A stretch of DNA of 64,000 bases from an uncultured Actinomycetes bacterium (GTDB lineage Bacteria > Actinomycetota > Thermoleophilia > UBA2241): assembly GCA_963709345.1 (NCBI GenBank), contig CAVPVX010000004.1, positions 128,001 through 192,000 on the forward strand. Reading direction: 5' to 3'. How positions within the stretch are numbered: position 1 is the first letter of the stretch; each line of letters starts with the position of its first letter. Position numbers and translations under genes: made by a program. Below, piece after piece: positions 1 to 10,354 of this stretch. Below the pieces are notes generated by a model. That model had not been told where the DNA came from. It ran no database searches and was given only the letters and a program-made list of their open reading frames with translations.

Positions 1-2
1 CC

Positions 3-344
3 GATGGCGGCCACGACGACCTTGCCGCCGTTCTCGCAGCGCTGGACCGCCGGCCGGGCGTCCTGCGGCTGCTGCTCAGCCATCACGCCGAGGTCGTGCG
101 GCGCACGGCGCCCGGCGACTTCCACCTCACGCTGTCGGGAGACACGCACGGCGGCCAGATCTGTCTGCCGCTTCCGGGCCGCCGGATCCTGCTGAGCGAC
201 CTGGGCGCGGAGTTCGCGGAGGGCTTCTACGACGTCGAGGGTCGCCGGCTGTACGTGACGCGCGGTGTCGGCACCAGCATGCTCCCGCTGCGCGCCTTCT
301 GCCGGCCGGAGGTCGTCGTGTTCCACGTGGAGGCCGGCGGATGA
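3..344 (+). CDS. Metallophosphoesterase (YkuE/YaeI-like), C-terminal part; 5' end outside window
   Basis: Frame is open from base 3: LLLSHH...LTLSGDTHGGQI...LYVTRGVGTS..PLR..CRPEV, the typical YkuE-family C-terminus. Confidence 0.85.
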   Translation, partial: DGGHDDLAAVLAALDRRPGVLRLLLSHHAEVVRRTAPGDFHLTLSGDTHGGQICLPLPGRRILLSDLGAEFAEGFYDVEGRRLYVTRGVGTSMLPLRAFCRPEVVVFHVEAGG

Positions 345-733
345 GGTCGCACGCGGGCCGGCCCTCCACACCGCTCCAAGCCCGGCCGGCACTGCGGCCT
401 GCCGCCTGCGTGCTTGCGCTGGTGCTCGTGGCGCTGGCGGCCGCGACCCCTGTGCTCGGCGGGTGCGGCGGCGACGCCGACCCCTTCGCCGGCCTCTACT
501 GGGAGCCCTCTTCTGGGCGTCGCGTCGAGATCCGCAAGGAGGGCGAGACGTACCGGCTCTTCTACGGCGCCGCCCAGCGGCCCTTCCTCGCCACGTGCGA
601 GGGTGACGAGCTGCGTATCGCCGAGCCGATGGGTGGGAGCATCGTCGTCCGGCCCGGCGGCGAGGAAGGCATGCTCGAATTGCTGATCGCCGGCAAGACG
701 ACTGTGCTCAAGCCGCTGCCGCAGCACCAGTAG
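341..733 (+). CDS. Hypothetical lipoprotein
   Basis: Hydrophobic signal segment then VLGGC lipobox; overlaps upstream stop (ATGA). Confidence 0.65.
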   Translation: MRSHAGRPSTPLQARPALRPAACVLALVLVALAAATPVLGGCGGDADPFAGLYWEPSSGRRVEIRKEGETYRLFYGAAQRPFLATCEGDELRIAEPMGGSIVVRPGGEEGMLELLIAGKTTVLKPLPQHQ

Positions 734-774
734 GCCGGCCGGCGCAGGCCATTCGGGCTCGCCGCGGCTCGTCG

Positions 775-1911
775 TCAGTCGCGCCCACCGAAGAGCCGCG
801 TGAGCGGCGGCGACACGTTGTCGATGGCCGCCGTGGGGCACACCTCGGTACAGGCGAAGCAGCGCACGCAGAGCCCGTCGTCGTACACGGGAAGAGGATC
901 CATCGCGATGGCGCGCGCGCCGCAGATGGCGGCGCACTCGTTGCAGCGGATGCACGCATCCGGGTCGACCAGACGTGGACGCGCGGTCACCAGGTTGCGG
1001 GTCGCCCGATGAAGCCACGGTGGGAGCAGTTCCTGTACGTCGCGACGCACGGGCTTGAAGCCGGCCTCCGCCGTGACCGCGTCGCCGGCGAGCCGGTAGG
1101 GGTCGTCGAGGTCGAGCAGGCCACGGCGCGCCGAAGCGGCGATGGTGTGGATCGCGCGGCGCTCGTGGCCGGTGCGGTCGGCGAGCGCCACGTCGAGCGC
1201 CAGCGCGTCCCGGGCGGCGAACAGGGAGCCGAGCTCGCGCGGCGACCCGCTGCCGGGTCCCTGGCCCTCCATGGCGATGATCCCGTCGATGATCGTGAAC
1301 CGTGGGCGCAGGGCCAGGTGGAGGTCGAGCAGCATGTCGGCGAAGTCGTCGCGGCGCTGGGCGCGCACGTGCAGGTGTGCCTTGGTGAGACCCGGGATGC
1401 AGCCGTACGTGAGCTTGACGCCGCCCGTAAGGCGCATGAGCTGGTGGGTCTTGAGCACGCCGACCTGGATGACGGCGTCGGCGTCGACGAACGCACGGCC
1501 GACGGGGAATCGGCGGTAGAGCCGGCCCTCGGGAGCGTCGAGCGACACCTTGTCGTCCTCGACGTCGACGATCCGGACGTTCTCGGCGGCGCACACCGCG
1601 GCGAGGCCGCTCACCTTGTAGGCGCGCGCCACCTTGGCGGGGCCGTTCAGGCCGCCGGGGCTGTCGGCGACGAAGGGGTCGGCCCCGGCCTCCTTGAGCG
1701 CATGGAGTACGCAGCCCAGCGTCTCCGGGTGTGTGGTGACGGCCTTCTCCGGGGCGGCGGCGCGGAGCAGGTTGATCTTGACGGCGACGCGTTCACCAGG
1801 GTGGATGATCTGCGCCCAGCCGCCGAACGGTTCGACGAGGCGCTCGAGCGAGGTTTGCAGCCCCGATCCGTGCGCGGCACGCACGTGAGAGACGAGTGAG
1901 GGGGCGCTCAC
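775..1911 (-). CDS. DUF362 domain protein with C-terminal 2x[4Fe-4S] ferredoxin domain
   Basis: KINLL...TTHPE, LKTH..M..TGGVKL.YG and DGIIAMEGQGP motifs; CIRCNECAAIC and CVRCFACTEVCP. Confidence 0.88.
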   Translation of the reverse strand: MSAPSLVSHVRAAHGSGLQTSLERLVEPFGGWAQIIHPGERVAVKINLLRAAAPEKAVTTHPETLGCVLHALKEAGADPFVADSPGGLNGPAKVARAYKVSGLAAVCAAENVRIVDVEDDKVSLDAPEGRLYRRFPVGRAFVDADAVIQVGVLKTHQLMRLTGGVKLTYGCIPGLTKAHLHVRAQRRDDFADMLLDLHLALRPRFTIIDGIIAMEGQGPGSGSPRELGSLFAARDALALDVALADRTGHERRAIHTIAASARRGLLDLDDPYRLAGDAVTAEAGFKPVRRDVQELLPPWLHRATRNLVTARPRLVDPDACIRCNECAAICGARAIAMDPLPVYDDGLCVRCFACTEVCPTAAIDNVSPPLTRLFGGRD

Positions 1912-2498
1912 CGCTGCGGCTTCTGCGCCACGATCACGTTGTGGTACAGCCCGATCTCGCCCGGGCCGTGAAGGGAGAGCTCCTTGAGACCGAGCTCGGC
2001 GATGAGGGCGCGCACCTTGCTGAGGGGGAGGACCCGAGCATTCGGCGGGCCGACCGGCCGGTCCATGCGCGCGAACTCCGCGGTGACGAGCAGTCCTCCG
2101 GCCGCGAGCAGGCGCGCCATCTCGGCGAGCGTCGCCGGGTCATCGTGGACGTGGTGCAGCACGTTGACGACGAGCATGCGCTCGGCGACGCCGTCGGGCA
2201 GTGGGACGACGCCATTCTCGCCGAGCACTGGCCGCACGCGCCCGTCGACGTCGTCGGTCGGCAGCTTCGCGCGCAGGCGCGCGAGCATCTCCGGCTGCGT
2301 GTCGACTGCCAGGACGTGGCCGTTGGGCAGCGCAGCGGCGATCGGGAGGGAGTACATGCCGCTGCCGGCGCCGAAGTCGACGACCGTCTCCGCGCCGCCC
2401 AGCTGAAGGAGCTCCACGAGCTTCGCGGGTGGCAGTTCGACGAGGCGCTCGGGATTCTCGAGCTTGTCGGCGTGCCTGACGTCGAACGGCTCGGCCAC
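1908..2498 (-). CDS. Class I SAM-dependent methyltransferase
   Basis: VVDFGAGSG motif I, LAVD.QPEM, VLHHV; start codon uncertain (2498 or 2507). Confidence 0.85.
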   Translation of the reverse strand: MAEPFDVRHADKLENPERLVELPPAKLVELLQLGGAETVVDFGAGSGMYSLPIAAALPNGHVLAVDTQPEMLARLRAKLPTDDVDGRVRPVLGENGVVPLPDGVAERMLVVNVLHHVHDDPATLAEMARLLAAGGLLVTAEFARMDRPVGPPNARVLPLSKVRALIAELGLKELSLHGPGEIGLYHNVIVAQKPQR

Positions 2499-2515
2499 GT
2501 GCCTCACGGCCTCAG

Positions 2516-2806
2516 CTACTTGGCGCAGCGGGCGTACTTGAGAAACGCCTCGAGGGCCTTCTCGACCGCCTCGGAAGAGGCGATTGGCGCGCTCGTCTCT
2601 TCGTTCAGGCACTCGCGCATCTTCATCGAGATGAGGATCACGCCCACGCGGTCCAGCGCCGCCTTGGTAGCTGCGAGCTGGGTGAAGACCTCTTCGCAGG
2701 GACGGCCCTGCTCGATCATGCGCTGCAGGCCGCGGGATTGGCCCTCGACGCGACGCAGGCGATTGATCAAGCGGGCGGACTCTTCCGTCTCCATGTACTC
2801 TTCCAC
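2516..2806 (-). CDS. CsoR/RcnR/CstR-family transcriptional repressor
   Basis: NRLRRVEGQ.RGLQRMIE..RPC.EV.TQL.A family signature. Confidence 0.9.
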   Translation of the reverse strand: MEEYMETEESARLINRLRRVEGQSRGLQRMIEQGRPCEEVFTQLAATKAALDRVGVILISMKMRECLNEETSAPIASSEAVEKALEAFLKYARCAK

Positions 2807-2815
2807 GCGGCGACC

Positions 2816-2832
2816 ATACTCCCCGGGGCTAT
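2816..2832. promoter_or_regulatory. Putative CsoR-family operator
   Basis: ATACTCCCCGGGGCTAT, a C/G-tract pseudo-palindrome just upstream of the repressor start; a second inverted repeat GTACCC-N11-GGGTAC at 2872-2894. Confidence 0.6.
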
Positions 2833-2927
2833 CGGAGACAATACCGTGAAACCCTGAGCCTGCGTGAAGAGGTACCCGGTTCCGGTATGGGTACTGCGAG
2901 CCGTCCGCGGCGCCTACCGGCGACGGC

Positions 2928-3788
2928 TCACTCGAGTCGCCGCAGGTGGTCGTCCGCCAGGCAGCGGAGATCGGCGAGTACGGCGTCGGGCACGGGGTCG
3001 CCGCCTGACCCCACGCCGAGCCGCGCGTTCGGCTTCACCGCGCCGTGGAAGTCCGATCCGCCGGTGGCGACGAGCCCGTACTTGGCGGCGAGCCGCAGGC
3101 AGGCGGCGACCGTCTCGTCGTCGTGCAGCGGGTAGTAGCACTCGATGCCCGCGAGCCCGGCGCGCACGGCGTCACGGACGATCCGTTCGAGGCCGGCGGC
3201 GTCGGTGTGGATGAGGCCGGGGTGCGCGAGGACGGGCAGTCCGCCGGAGGAGCGAAGGAGGCGCAGCGCGGCGCCCAGCGCGAGCCGGCGGCGGTCGACC
3301 CAGGCGGGCGCGCCGCGGCGCAGGTGGAGGTCGAAGGCCTCCCTGATCGTGTCCGCGTACCCGCGCCGCACCATCGCCTCGGCGATGTGCGGCCGGCCGA
3401 CGGCGCCGTGCTCGGCCGCGGCGTCGAGATCCGAAGGGCCGAGCGGCATCCCGAGTGCGGCCAGCCGCTCGAGCATGCGTGCGTTGCGCTCATCGCGGTA
3501 GGTCCGCAGTTCGGCGAGTTCGGCTTTGAGCTCGTCGGTCGGGCAGCCCCCGAGGAAATAGCCGAGCATGTCCATGGTGACGCGGTCGTGTTCGAGGTTG
3601 ATCTCGATCCCGGGCACCACTTCGATGCCGAGGCGCTCGCCGGCAGCCAGCGCCTCGGGCAGGCCGTCGACTGTATCGTGGTCGGTGACGGCGACGGCCG
3701 AGAGGCCCGTCGCCGCTGCGGCTGCCACGAGCTCCATCGGGGTGAGCGAGCCGTCTGAGTATGTCGTGTGGGTGTGCAGGTCGATCAC
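2928..3788 (-). CDS. PHP-domain phosphoesterase (YciV/TrpH-like)
   Basis: DLHTHT..SDG, TDHD, GRPHIA, LAHP and GGSDFHG motifs. Confidence 0.92.
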   Translation of the reverse strand: MIDLHTHTTYSDGSLTPMELVAAAAATGLSAVAVTDHDTVDGLPEALAAGERLGIEVVPGIEINLEHDRVTMDMLGYFLGGCPTDELKAELAELRTYRDERNARMLERLAALGMPLGPSDLDAAAEHGAVGRPHIAEAMVRRGYADTIREAFDLHLRRGAPAWVDRRRLALGAALRLLRSSGGLPVLAHPGLIHTDAAGLERIVRDAVRAGLAGIECYYPLHDDETVAACLRLAAKYGLVATGGSDFHGAVKPNARLGVGSGGDPVPDAVLADLRCLADDHLRRLE

Positions 3789-3982
3789 GTGCCAAGCGTA
3801 CCCCAAGGCGCCGGGTCCGGCTTGCGTGACGCCGGGCGCGACGCTCGTGGCGCCCGCCCGGCATGTCTGTCGCGAACGCCGTCCGTGTGCGGCTTGGGGA
3901 TAAGATGCGGGTGGAGCGCGGTCCGTCGCGACGGTGGGTCGCTCTCCCCGTCCTGCCACTCTTCTCCTCCTGGAGGTCTGCG

Positions 3983-5032
3983 ATGCGCATCGGGATGATC
4001 GCACCGCCCTGGTTCCCCCTTCCGCCGCAGCGGTACGGCGGCATCGAGTTCGTCGTCAGTCTGCTCACCGAGGGGCTCGTCGCCCGCGGTCACGACGTCA
4101 CGTTGTTCGCGAGCGGCGACTCGCGGACGGAGGCGCGTCTCAGCTACATCTTCGCTCGCGCCCCGTTCGAGCAGATCGAGATGGGTGGGCACCTCGAGGT
4201 CACGCACAGTCTCGAGGCCTACAAGCTGGCACGGCAGTTCGATGTCATCCACGATCACGACGGGCTCGCGAGCCGCGCCATGGGCGCCCTCGTCCACGAA
4301 CTCGTCGGCACACCCGTCGTCGCCACCCTCCACGGTCCCGCCGACCGCATGACCCAGGAGATGCTGAGCGCCCTGCGCCACGACCTCGCCTTCATCGCCA
4401 TCTCCGAGTACCAGCGCAACGGGTTCCCCGACCTGCGCTTCGCGGCCACGATCCCCAACGCGATCGACGTGGAGCACATGCCGTTCGACACCGTGAAGGA
4501 CGACTACTTCCTCTTCATCGGCCGTATGACGGCCGACAAGGGCGCTCACACGGCGATCGAGGTCGCGCGCCGACTGGGCGCCCGGCTCATCATGGCCGGC
4601 AAGGTCAACGAGGGGCCGGAGCGGGAGTTCTTCGCCGCCGAGGTCGAGCCGCATCTCTCGGACAACGTCCACTTCCGCGGCGAGGTCGACCACGAGACCA
4701 AGGTCGAGCTGTACAGGCGCGCCCGCTGCACTCTCTTCCCGATCCAGTGGCCGGAGCCCTTCGGCCTGGTCATGATCGAGTCGCTCGCGTGCGGCACTCC
4801 GGTCATCGCCATGCGCCAGGGCTCGGTGCCGGAGGTGATCGAGCACGGGCGCACCGGGTTCATAGTCGAGTCCGCCGACGAGATGGTGGAGGCGGCGCGC
4901 CACATCGACGAGATCGATCCGGCGGAGTGCCGCCGCGCCGTCGAGGAGCGCTTCGGCAGCGACTCCTTCATCTCCGCTCACGAGGCCGCCTACCGCCGGC
5001 TGCTCGAGGCTGGTCCGGCGGACCGCGAGTGA
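3983..5032 (+). CDS. Glycosyltransferase family 4
   Basis: MRIGMIAPPW..PP..YGGIE, GHDVTLFASGDS, EPFGLVMIESLACGTPV; GGAGG RBS. Confidence 0.93.
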   Translation: MRIGMIAPPWFPLPPQRYGGIEFVVSLLTEGLVARGHDVTLFASGDSRTEARLSYIFARAPFEQIEMGGHLEVTHSLEAYKLARQFDVIHDHDGLASRAMGALVHELVGTPVVATLHGPADRMTQEMLSALRHDLAFIAISEYQRNGFPDLRFAATIPNAIDVEHMPFDTVKDDYFLFIGRMTADKGAHTAIEVARRLGARLIMAGKVNEGPEREFFAAEVEPHLSDNVHFRGEVDHETKVELYRRARCTLFPIQWPEPFGLVMIESLACGTPVIAMRQGSVPEVIEHGRTGFIVESADEMVEAARHIDEIDPAECRRAVEERFGSDSFISAHEAAYRRLLEAGPADRE

Positions 5033-5126
5033 CCCGGCCGCGGGTCCCCACCCGAAAGCCGGACGTGGTGCCGTTTGCCCCGTCGCGTTCTTGTCGTCGT
5101 CCGGGCCCGACGGTAGGGTGGGTGGC

Positions 5127-6566
5127 ATGAAGCTGCCGTACGACGACGTCCACCTGATCGCCGACCCGCTCTACGGCTACCTGCGCATCACGCTCTCCCG
5201 CGCCGGCGAGATCGCCGAACCCGACGTCATCGACAACCCCTGGGTGCAGCGCCTCAAGCGCATCCACCAGCTGCAGAGCTCGTGGTGGGTCTTCCCGACC
5301 GCCGAGCACAGCCGCTTCGCCCACAGCCTCGGCACCATGCACCTCGCCGGGGAGCTCGCGCGCCAGGTCTACCCGACGCTGGTCGACGTCGAGCCGGGCA
5401 CGCCGTCGCTCCCGCTGGTCGAGGAGACGCTGCGCATGGCCGGCCTGCTTCACGACCTCGGGCACGGTCCGTTCAGCCACTTCTGTGACGAGCACTACTT
5501 CCTGCCCGCCTTCGGCGTCGACCACGAGCGCATCTCCCAGCACCTCATCGTGAACGAGCTCGGGTCGCTGCTCGCCGAGTTGCGGCGCAGCCCGTCGGGG
5601 TCGTTCGCCGCCGACGAGGCCGTCGACCCTTGGCACGTCGCTTTTCTCGTGCGCGCGGAGGAAGGAGGGAGCGGCGGGGCCGCAGGCTCAGCCGCCGCCC
5701 CGGCCGCATCCTCCGCCGCCGGCCGCATCCCCCGCTGGGTCCGGCTGCTGCACCGGGCGCTCTCCGGCGCGGTCACCGTCGACAACCTCGACTACGTGCG
5801 CCGCGACGCCGCGATGTGCGGCGTCGGTCTCGGGCCCATCGACGTCGACCGCCTCATCTACTACACACTCTGCACCGCCGACGGCCTCACATTCCACAAG
5901 CGCGCGCTCAGCTCGCTCCGCGCGTTTCTCAACGCGCGCTTCTACATGTACGAGAACGTCTACTTCCACCGCATCGGTCACGCCATCGACCTGCACCTGC
6001 ACGAGATCTTCCGGCCGACCATGGAGCTCGTCCTGCCCGAGAGTCCGCTCGACGACCTCGACGCCTACAGGCGGCTCAGCGAGTGGTCGCTGTTCACCAA
6101 CGTGGAGGCGTGGCTCGACGAGCCCCTTCACAGCCGGCGCCGCGCGCTCGCGGAGGAGTGGCAGAGCATCATCCACCGCCACGTCAAGTACAGCATGGTG
6201 TACGAGCACCACGTCGAGCGGCAGCAGCCGCTGCCGGCCGCCCGCGACCTCACGCGCGACGAGTTCCACGCCGCGATCCTGCGGCACCTGCCGCCGGACG
6301 CGCGGGGCATCGAGTTCGTGGTCGACATCGCCTCGCAGGATCCGCGGCCGCTCAACCCGTTCGTCGGGCCCAAGCGGCTGGCGGTCTACGACCCCGCGAC
6401 CGGCGGCATCGAGGAGCAGTTGCTCAGCGGCATCCTGGAGTTCGTGCCGGCCAAGGCCCACCTGTACCGGGTCTTCGCCGTTGGCCGCGAGAACGAGCGC
6501 GAGCTCGCCCTCGCGGCCCGGGCCGCGCTCGGCGAAGTCGAGCCGCAGAGCCTCATCAACCTGTAG
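5127..6566 (+). CDS. HD-domain phosphohydrolase (YwfO/SAMHD1-like)
   Basis: QRLKRIHQL..., AEHSRFAHSLG, LLHDLGHGPFSH, VDNLDYVRRD, VYFH. Confidence 0.9.
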   Translation: MKLPYDDVHLIADPLYGYLRITLSRAGEIAEPDVIDNPWVQRLKRIHQLQSSWWVFPTAEHSRFAHSLGTMHLAGELARQVYPTLVDVEPGTPSLPLVEETLRMAGLLHDLGHGPFSHFCDEHYFLPAFGVDHERISQHLIVNELGSLLAELRRSPSGSFAADEAVDPWHVAFLVRAEEGGSGGAAGSAAAPAASSAAGRIPRWVRLLHRALSGAVTVDNLDYVRRDAAMCGVGLGPIDVDRLIYYTLCTADGLTFHKRALSSLRAFLNARFYMYENVYFHRIGHAIDLHLHEIFRPTMELVLPESPLDDLDAYRRLSEWSLFTNVEAWLDEPLHSRRRALAEEWQSIIHRHVKYSMVYEHHVERQQPLPAARDLTRDEFHAAILRHLPPDARGIEFVVDIASQDPRPLNPFVGPKRLAVYDPATGGIEEQLLSGILEFVPAKAHLYRVFAVGRENERELALAARAALGEVEPQSLINL

Positions 6567-6631
6567 GCCGCGGGGCGCCGGGCCCCGGAGCGATCACCCG
6601 CGGCGGACCTCGGCGCGGTGTTCTCACCGGC

Positions 6632-6871
6632 TCAGATGCCGCCTCCCACGGTCAGCCACAGCATCCCGGCGATCATCAGTACGATCACGACGATGAGTGC
6701 GATGAGGAAGAGGTCGATGAATGGGGGTCCGGCGAGTCGCGCCCTCTGCGGCCGCGTACGTGCCGGCGCCGTCTGCTTGCGTGGGGAGGGCCGCCGCGAC
6801 GGCGACCGTGACGGAGTCTTGGACGCGGCGCGAGCTCGTGCGCGGGAACCGGTCGTCCTCTTGCGGCTCAT
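6632..6871 (-). CDS. Small hypothetical membrane protein
   Basis: Basic N-terminus plus one C-terminal TM helix; overlaps the fumC stop. Confidence 0.5.
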   Translation of the reverse strand: MSRKRTTGSRARARAASKTPSRSPSRRPSPRKQTAPARTRPQRARLAGPPFIDLFLIALIVVIVLMIAGMLWLTVGGGI

Positions 6872-8274
6872 TCGTCGAGCGGGTGCGTCATGTCTTCGGG
6901 GCGGACCCAGGCGTCGAACTGCTCGGCGGTGACGAAGCCGAGAACGACGGCGGCTTCCTTGAGGGCGAGCCCCTCGTGATGCGCCGTCTGGGCGACGCGC
7001 GCCGCCTTCTCGTAGCCGATGTGCGGCGTGAGCGCCGTCACCAGCATCAAGGATGCGTCGAGGTGGCGGCGGATCACGGCAAGGTCGGGCTCGAGCCCTT
7101 GCGCGCAGAAGCGGTCGAAGGCTCCGGCGGCCTCCGCCAGCAGCTGGGTGGATTCAAGCAGGCCGTGCAGCATGACCGGCTTGTACACGTTGAGCTGGAA
7201 GTTGCCCTGCGTACCCGCGAACGCTACCGCAGCGTCGTTGCCGAACACACGCACGGCGACCTGCGTCAGCGCCTCGGCCTGCGTCGGGTTGACCTTGCCG
7301 GGCATGATCGACGAGCCGGGCTCGTTCTCGGGGATGCGCAGCTCGCCGATGCCGTCGCGCGGTCCGGAGGCGTACCAGCGCACGTCGTTGGCGAGCTTCA
7401 TGAGCGCGCCGGCCAGCGTGCGGAGCGCCGCACTCGCGTTCACGACCGCGTCGTGCGCCGAGAGCGCGGCGAAGAAGTTCGCCGCGGGGTGGAAGGGCTT
7501 GCCGGTGAGCTCACCGATGTACCGGGCCGCGGTCTCCGCGAAGCGCGGGTCGGTGTTGAGCCCCGTGCCGACGGCGGTGCCGCCGAGCGCGAGCTCGTGG
7601 AGCCCGGGCAGTGTGCGGCGGACGGTGGCCAAGGCTTGGTCGAGCTGCGCCGTCCAGCCGGAGACGACCTGGCCGAGGGTGATCGGCGTGGCGTCCTGGA
7701 GGTGGGTGCGACCGACCATGACGATGCCGGCGAACGCATCGGCCTTCGCCTGCAGTGTGTCGCGAAGCCCCGCGATCGCGGGGATCAGCGAGTCCTCGAG
7801 CTCGACGGCGGCGGCGATGTGCATCACCGCCGGGAAGGTGTCGTTGCTGGATTGCCCCAGGTTCACGTGGTCGTTGGGGTGAACGGGCGTCCCGGCGCCG
7901 CGCCCGGTCCCGGCCAGCTCGTCGGCGCGGTTCGCGATCACCTCGTTGGCGTTCATGTTGCTCTGCGTGCCGCTGCCGGTCTGGAAGACGACGAGCGGGA
8001 ACTCAGCGTCGAGGGCGCCGTCCATGACTTCGGTGGCGGCGCGCGCGATGAGCTCGGCCTCGGCCTGCGTCAGCCGGCCGAGCTCCTCGTTGGCCCGCGC
8101 CGCGGCCAGCTTGAGTACGCCGAGCGCGCGAATCACCGGCCGACCCCAGCGAAAGGTCTCCACGCCGATGGGGAAGTGCTCCAGCGAGCGCTGCGTCTGC
8201 GCCCCCCAGTAGCGATCCGCCGGCACGCGCACCTCGCCCATGCTGTCGTGTTCTGTGCGCCACTCGCTGCCCAT
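6868..8274 (-). CDS. fumC: Class II fumarate hydratase
   Basis: [29 protein letters not shown] and [13 protein letters not shown] signature. Confidence 0.97.
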   Translation of the reverse strand: MGSEWRTEHDSMGEVRVPADRYWGAQTQRSLEHFPIGVETFRWGRPVIRALGVLKLAAARANEELGRLTQAEAELIARAATEVMDGALDAEFPLVVFQTGSGTQSNMNANEVIANRADELAGTGRGAGTPVHPNDHVNLGQSSNDTFPAVMHIAAAVELEDSLIPAIAGLRDTLQAKADAFAGIVMVGRTHLQDATPITLGQVVSGWTAQLDQALATVRRTLPGLHELALGGTAVGTGLNTDPRFAETAARYIGELTGKPFHPAANFFAALSAHDAVVNASAALRTLAGALMKLANDVRWYASGPRDGIGELRIPENEPGSSIMPGKVNPTQAEALTQVAVRVFGNDAAVAFAGTQGNFQLNVYKPVMLHGLLESTQLLAEAAGAFDRFCAQGLEPDLAVIRRHLDASLMLVTALTPHIGYEKAARVAQTAHHEGLALKEAAVVLGFVTAEQFDAWVRPEDMTHPLDE

Positions 8275-8378
8275 GCGTGTAACACTACCCCGTTCGTGAC
8301 GAAAGGCACGCGCCGGAGCCGGCAGCCTCCCGTCGCGACTCTGGTGGTCGGCGCGCAGTTCGGGTAGCGTGGGAGGCG

Positions 8379-8762
8379 ATGAGCAGCTTCACGAGAGCGT
8401 TCAACAGGCTCGGCGGCTACGACAGCCTGGCGGAGCGGTTCCCCGGGGGCCCCGAGCCGCAGGGGCCTCGCTGGGAGCGAAGCTCCGTCGAGTTCGGTAG
8501 CTCGATGCGCTACGACTGGTGCGTCACCGTCGTCGTGGCCCGGGACGGTCTCTGGCTGCAGGCGCGGCCGCCGGCGCAGGGCACGCAGGCGGCGATCCTC
8601 GTGCCGTGGGCCGAGATCCGCGACGTGCGGCCGGTCCGGCTCTACTGGCGCCGGGCCGTGCGCCTCATCTGTGGCGACGGGGCCGGCACGATCACCGTGT
8701 GGCGGCCGGTCTGGGATGCCGCCAGGCCTCTGCGGGAGGCCGCGTGGCGCACGGGTCACTAG
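8379..8762 (+). CDS. Hypothetical protein
   Basis: GGAGG RBS, ATG start, GC3-rich codon usage. Confidence 0.6.
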   Translation: MSSFTRAFNRLGGYDSLAERFPGGPEPQGPRWERSSVEFGSSMRYDWCVTVVVARDGLWLQARPPAQGTQAAILVPWAEIRDVRPVRLYWRRAVRLICGDGAGTITVWRPVWDAARPLREAAWRTGH

Positions 8763-9820
8763 GCTCGGGGCCTGCGTCTCCCACGCACCGCCGCCGCAGC
8801 CTGCTCAAGAACCTGGCGTTCCTCGTGCTCACCGGCATCGGGCTGTACGTCGTGTGGCCGAGTCTCATGGACGTCTTCACGTCGTGGCCGCGGCTGGCGG
8901 TGATCGAGCCCCAATGGTACGCGGGCATGGCGGCAGCCGTCATCGGCAGCATCGCCTGCGTCTGGGTCCTCTATCGGATCGTGCTGCGCACCGGCGCCTG
9001 GTTCGCGATCATCACGTCGCAACTCGCCGGCAGCGCCTTCGGGCGCATCGTCCCCGGCGGCGCCGCGTCGGCCGGGGCGTTCCAGTATCAGATGCTGGCG
9101 CGCGCTGGGATCCGCGGTGGACGGGTGGCCACGGGGGTCACGGTCGTCAGCATCATCAGCGCGGGTACCATCCTCGCGCTGCCCCTCTTCGCCCTGCCGG
9201 TGCTGCTCGGCAGCATGGACGGCGGGAGGTCGTTCATCCGGTTGGCTCTGTTCGGCCTCAGTCTGCTCACCGTCGTCGTCGTGTTCTCGGCCCTGGTCCT
9301 GGCCTTCGATCGCCCGCTCATCTTGGCGGGCAGGACGCTGGACCGGATCAGCGATCTCGTGCGGCGCAAGCGGCCTCGCGAGACCGACTACGCCGCGCGT
9401 CTCCTGAACGAGCGCGACGTGGTGCGGGCGATCCTCGGGGAGAGCTGGTGGAAGGCGTCGGTCGCGGCGCTCGGGCAGCGCGGCCTCGACTTCGCGGCGC
9501 TGATCATGGCGCTGTATGCGTCGGGCGCCCGGGTCTCGCCTCTGCTCGTGCTGCTCGCCTACGCCGTGGCGCAGCTCCTGACGATCGTCCCCGTCACGCC
9601 CGGCGGGCTGGGGTTCGTGGAAGTGGGGCTCGTCGGTGCGCTGGGGCTGGCCGGCGTCGAGGTGGGTCCGGCGCTGTTGGCGACGCTGGCCTACCGGCTG
9701 CTGTCGTTCTGGCTGCCGCTGCCGGCCGGCCTCGTCGCGTACGCGCTCTTCGTGCGTCGCTACGGGAGCGGGAACGGCGCCGTCGGCGCCGGCATTGCCG
9801 GCGCGTCTGCTCCTGACTGA
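8744..9820 (+). CDS. Lysylphosphatidylglycerol synthase TM-region / UPF0104 flippase-like protein
   Basis: Multi-TM protein; PVTPGGLGFVE and LAYRLLSFWLP motifs; start approximate. Confidence 0.85.
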   Translation: MAHGSLGSGPASPTHRRRSLLKNLAFLVLTGIGLYVVWPSLMDVFTSWPRLAVIEPQWYAGMAAAVIGSIACVWVLYRIVLRTGAWFAIITSQLAGSAFGRIVPGGAASAGAFQYQMLARAGIRGGRVATGVTVVSIISAGTILALPLFALPVLLGSMDGGRSFIRLALFGLSLLTVVVVFSALVLAFDRPLILAGRTLDRISDLVRRKRPRETDYAARLLNERDVVRAILGESWWKASVAALGQRGLDFAALIMALYASGARVSPLLVLLAYAVAQLLTIVPVTPGGLGFVEVGLVGALGLAGVEVGPALLATLAYRLLSFWLPLPAGLVAYALFVRRYGSGNGAVGAGIAGASAPD

Positions 9821-9865
9821 CCAGAGTCAAGGCTGCCGGCTCTGGCTGCGGGGTAGCATCGGGGC

Positions 9866-10309
9866 ATGGACGACGCACAGGGAGGACGCACCACATCGGC
9901 CGGGGCGGCCGGGACCACCGGGACGGCTGCCGCCCGGCCTCCGCGGCGCCTGGCGCGTGAGGAGAAGACGATCGCGGCGATGATCGCCCTCTTCTGCCGC
10001 GACCACCACGCCGGCGCCGGCCGAGCCGGAAGCGACGACGTGGCCGAGGTCGCAAGTCCCGGCGCGTACGGCCTGTGCGACGAGTGCGCCGAGCTCCTCG
10101 CGTATGCGCGCCGGCGACTCGAGAAGTGCCGGTACGTCGCCGCGAAGCCGACCTGCGCCCGGTGTGCCACGCACTGCTACACGGCGGCGATGCGGGAGAG
10201 AGTGCGCGACGTCATGCGCTACAGCGGGCCGAGGATGCTGAAGCGGCACCCGGTGCTTGCCTTGGCACATCTGGTCGACGGGCGCTCGACCCCGGACGAC
10301 GGGGGCTGA
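9866..10309 (+). CDS. YgbA / nitrous-oxide-stimulated promoter family protein
   Basis: REEKTI.AMI..FC..HH, LC.EC.ELL.YA..RL.KC, KPTC..C..HCY, VMRYSGPRM. Confidence 0.88.
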   Translation: MDDAQGGRTTSAGAAGTTGTAAARPPRRLAREEKTIAAMIALFCRDHHAGAGRAGSDDVAEVASPGAYGLCDECAELLAYARRRLEKCRYVAAKPTCARCATHCYTAAMRERVRDVMRYSGPRMLKRHPVLALAHLVDGRSTPDDGG

Positions 10310-10354
10310 GACGCGGCCGGCGCCCGAGTCGCCTCCCCCCGCTCTGCCCGCGCC

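Noticed and set aside
5127-6566. HD protein as an antiviral dNTPase defence system
   Set aside because: It sits among housekeeping genes (GT4, fumC) with host-like composition, and the YwfO-like family is widespread.
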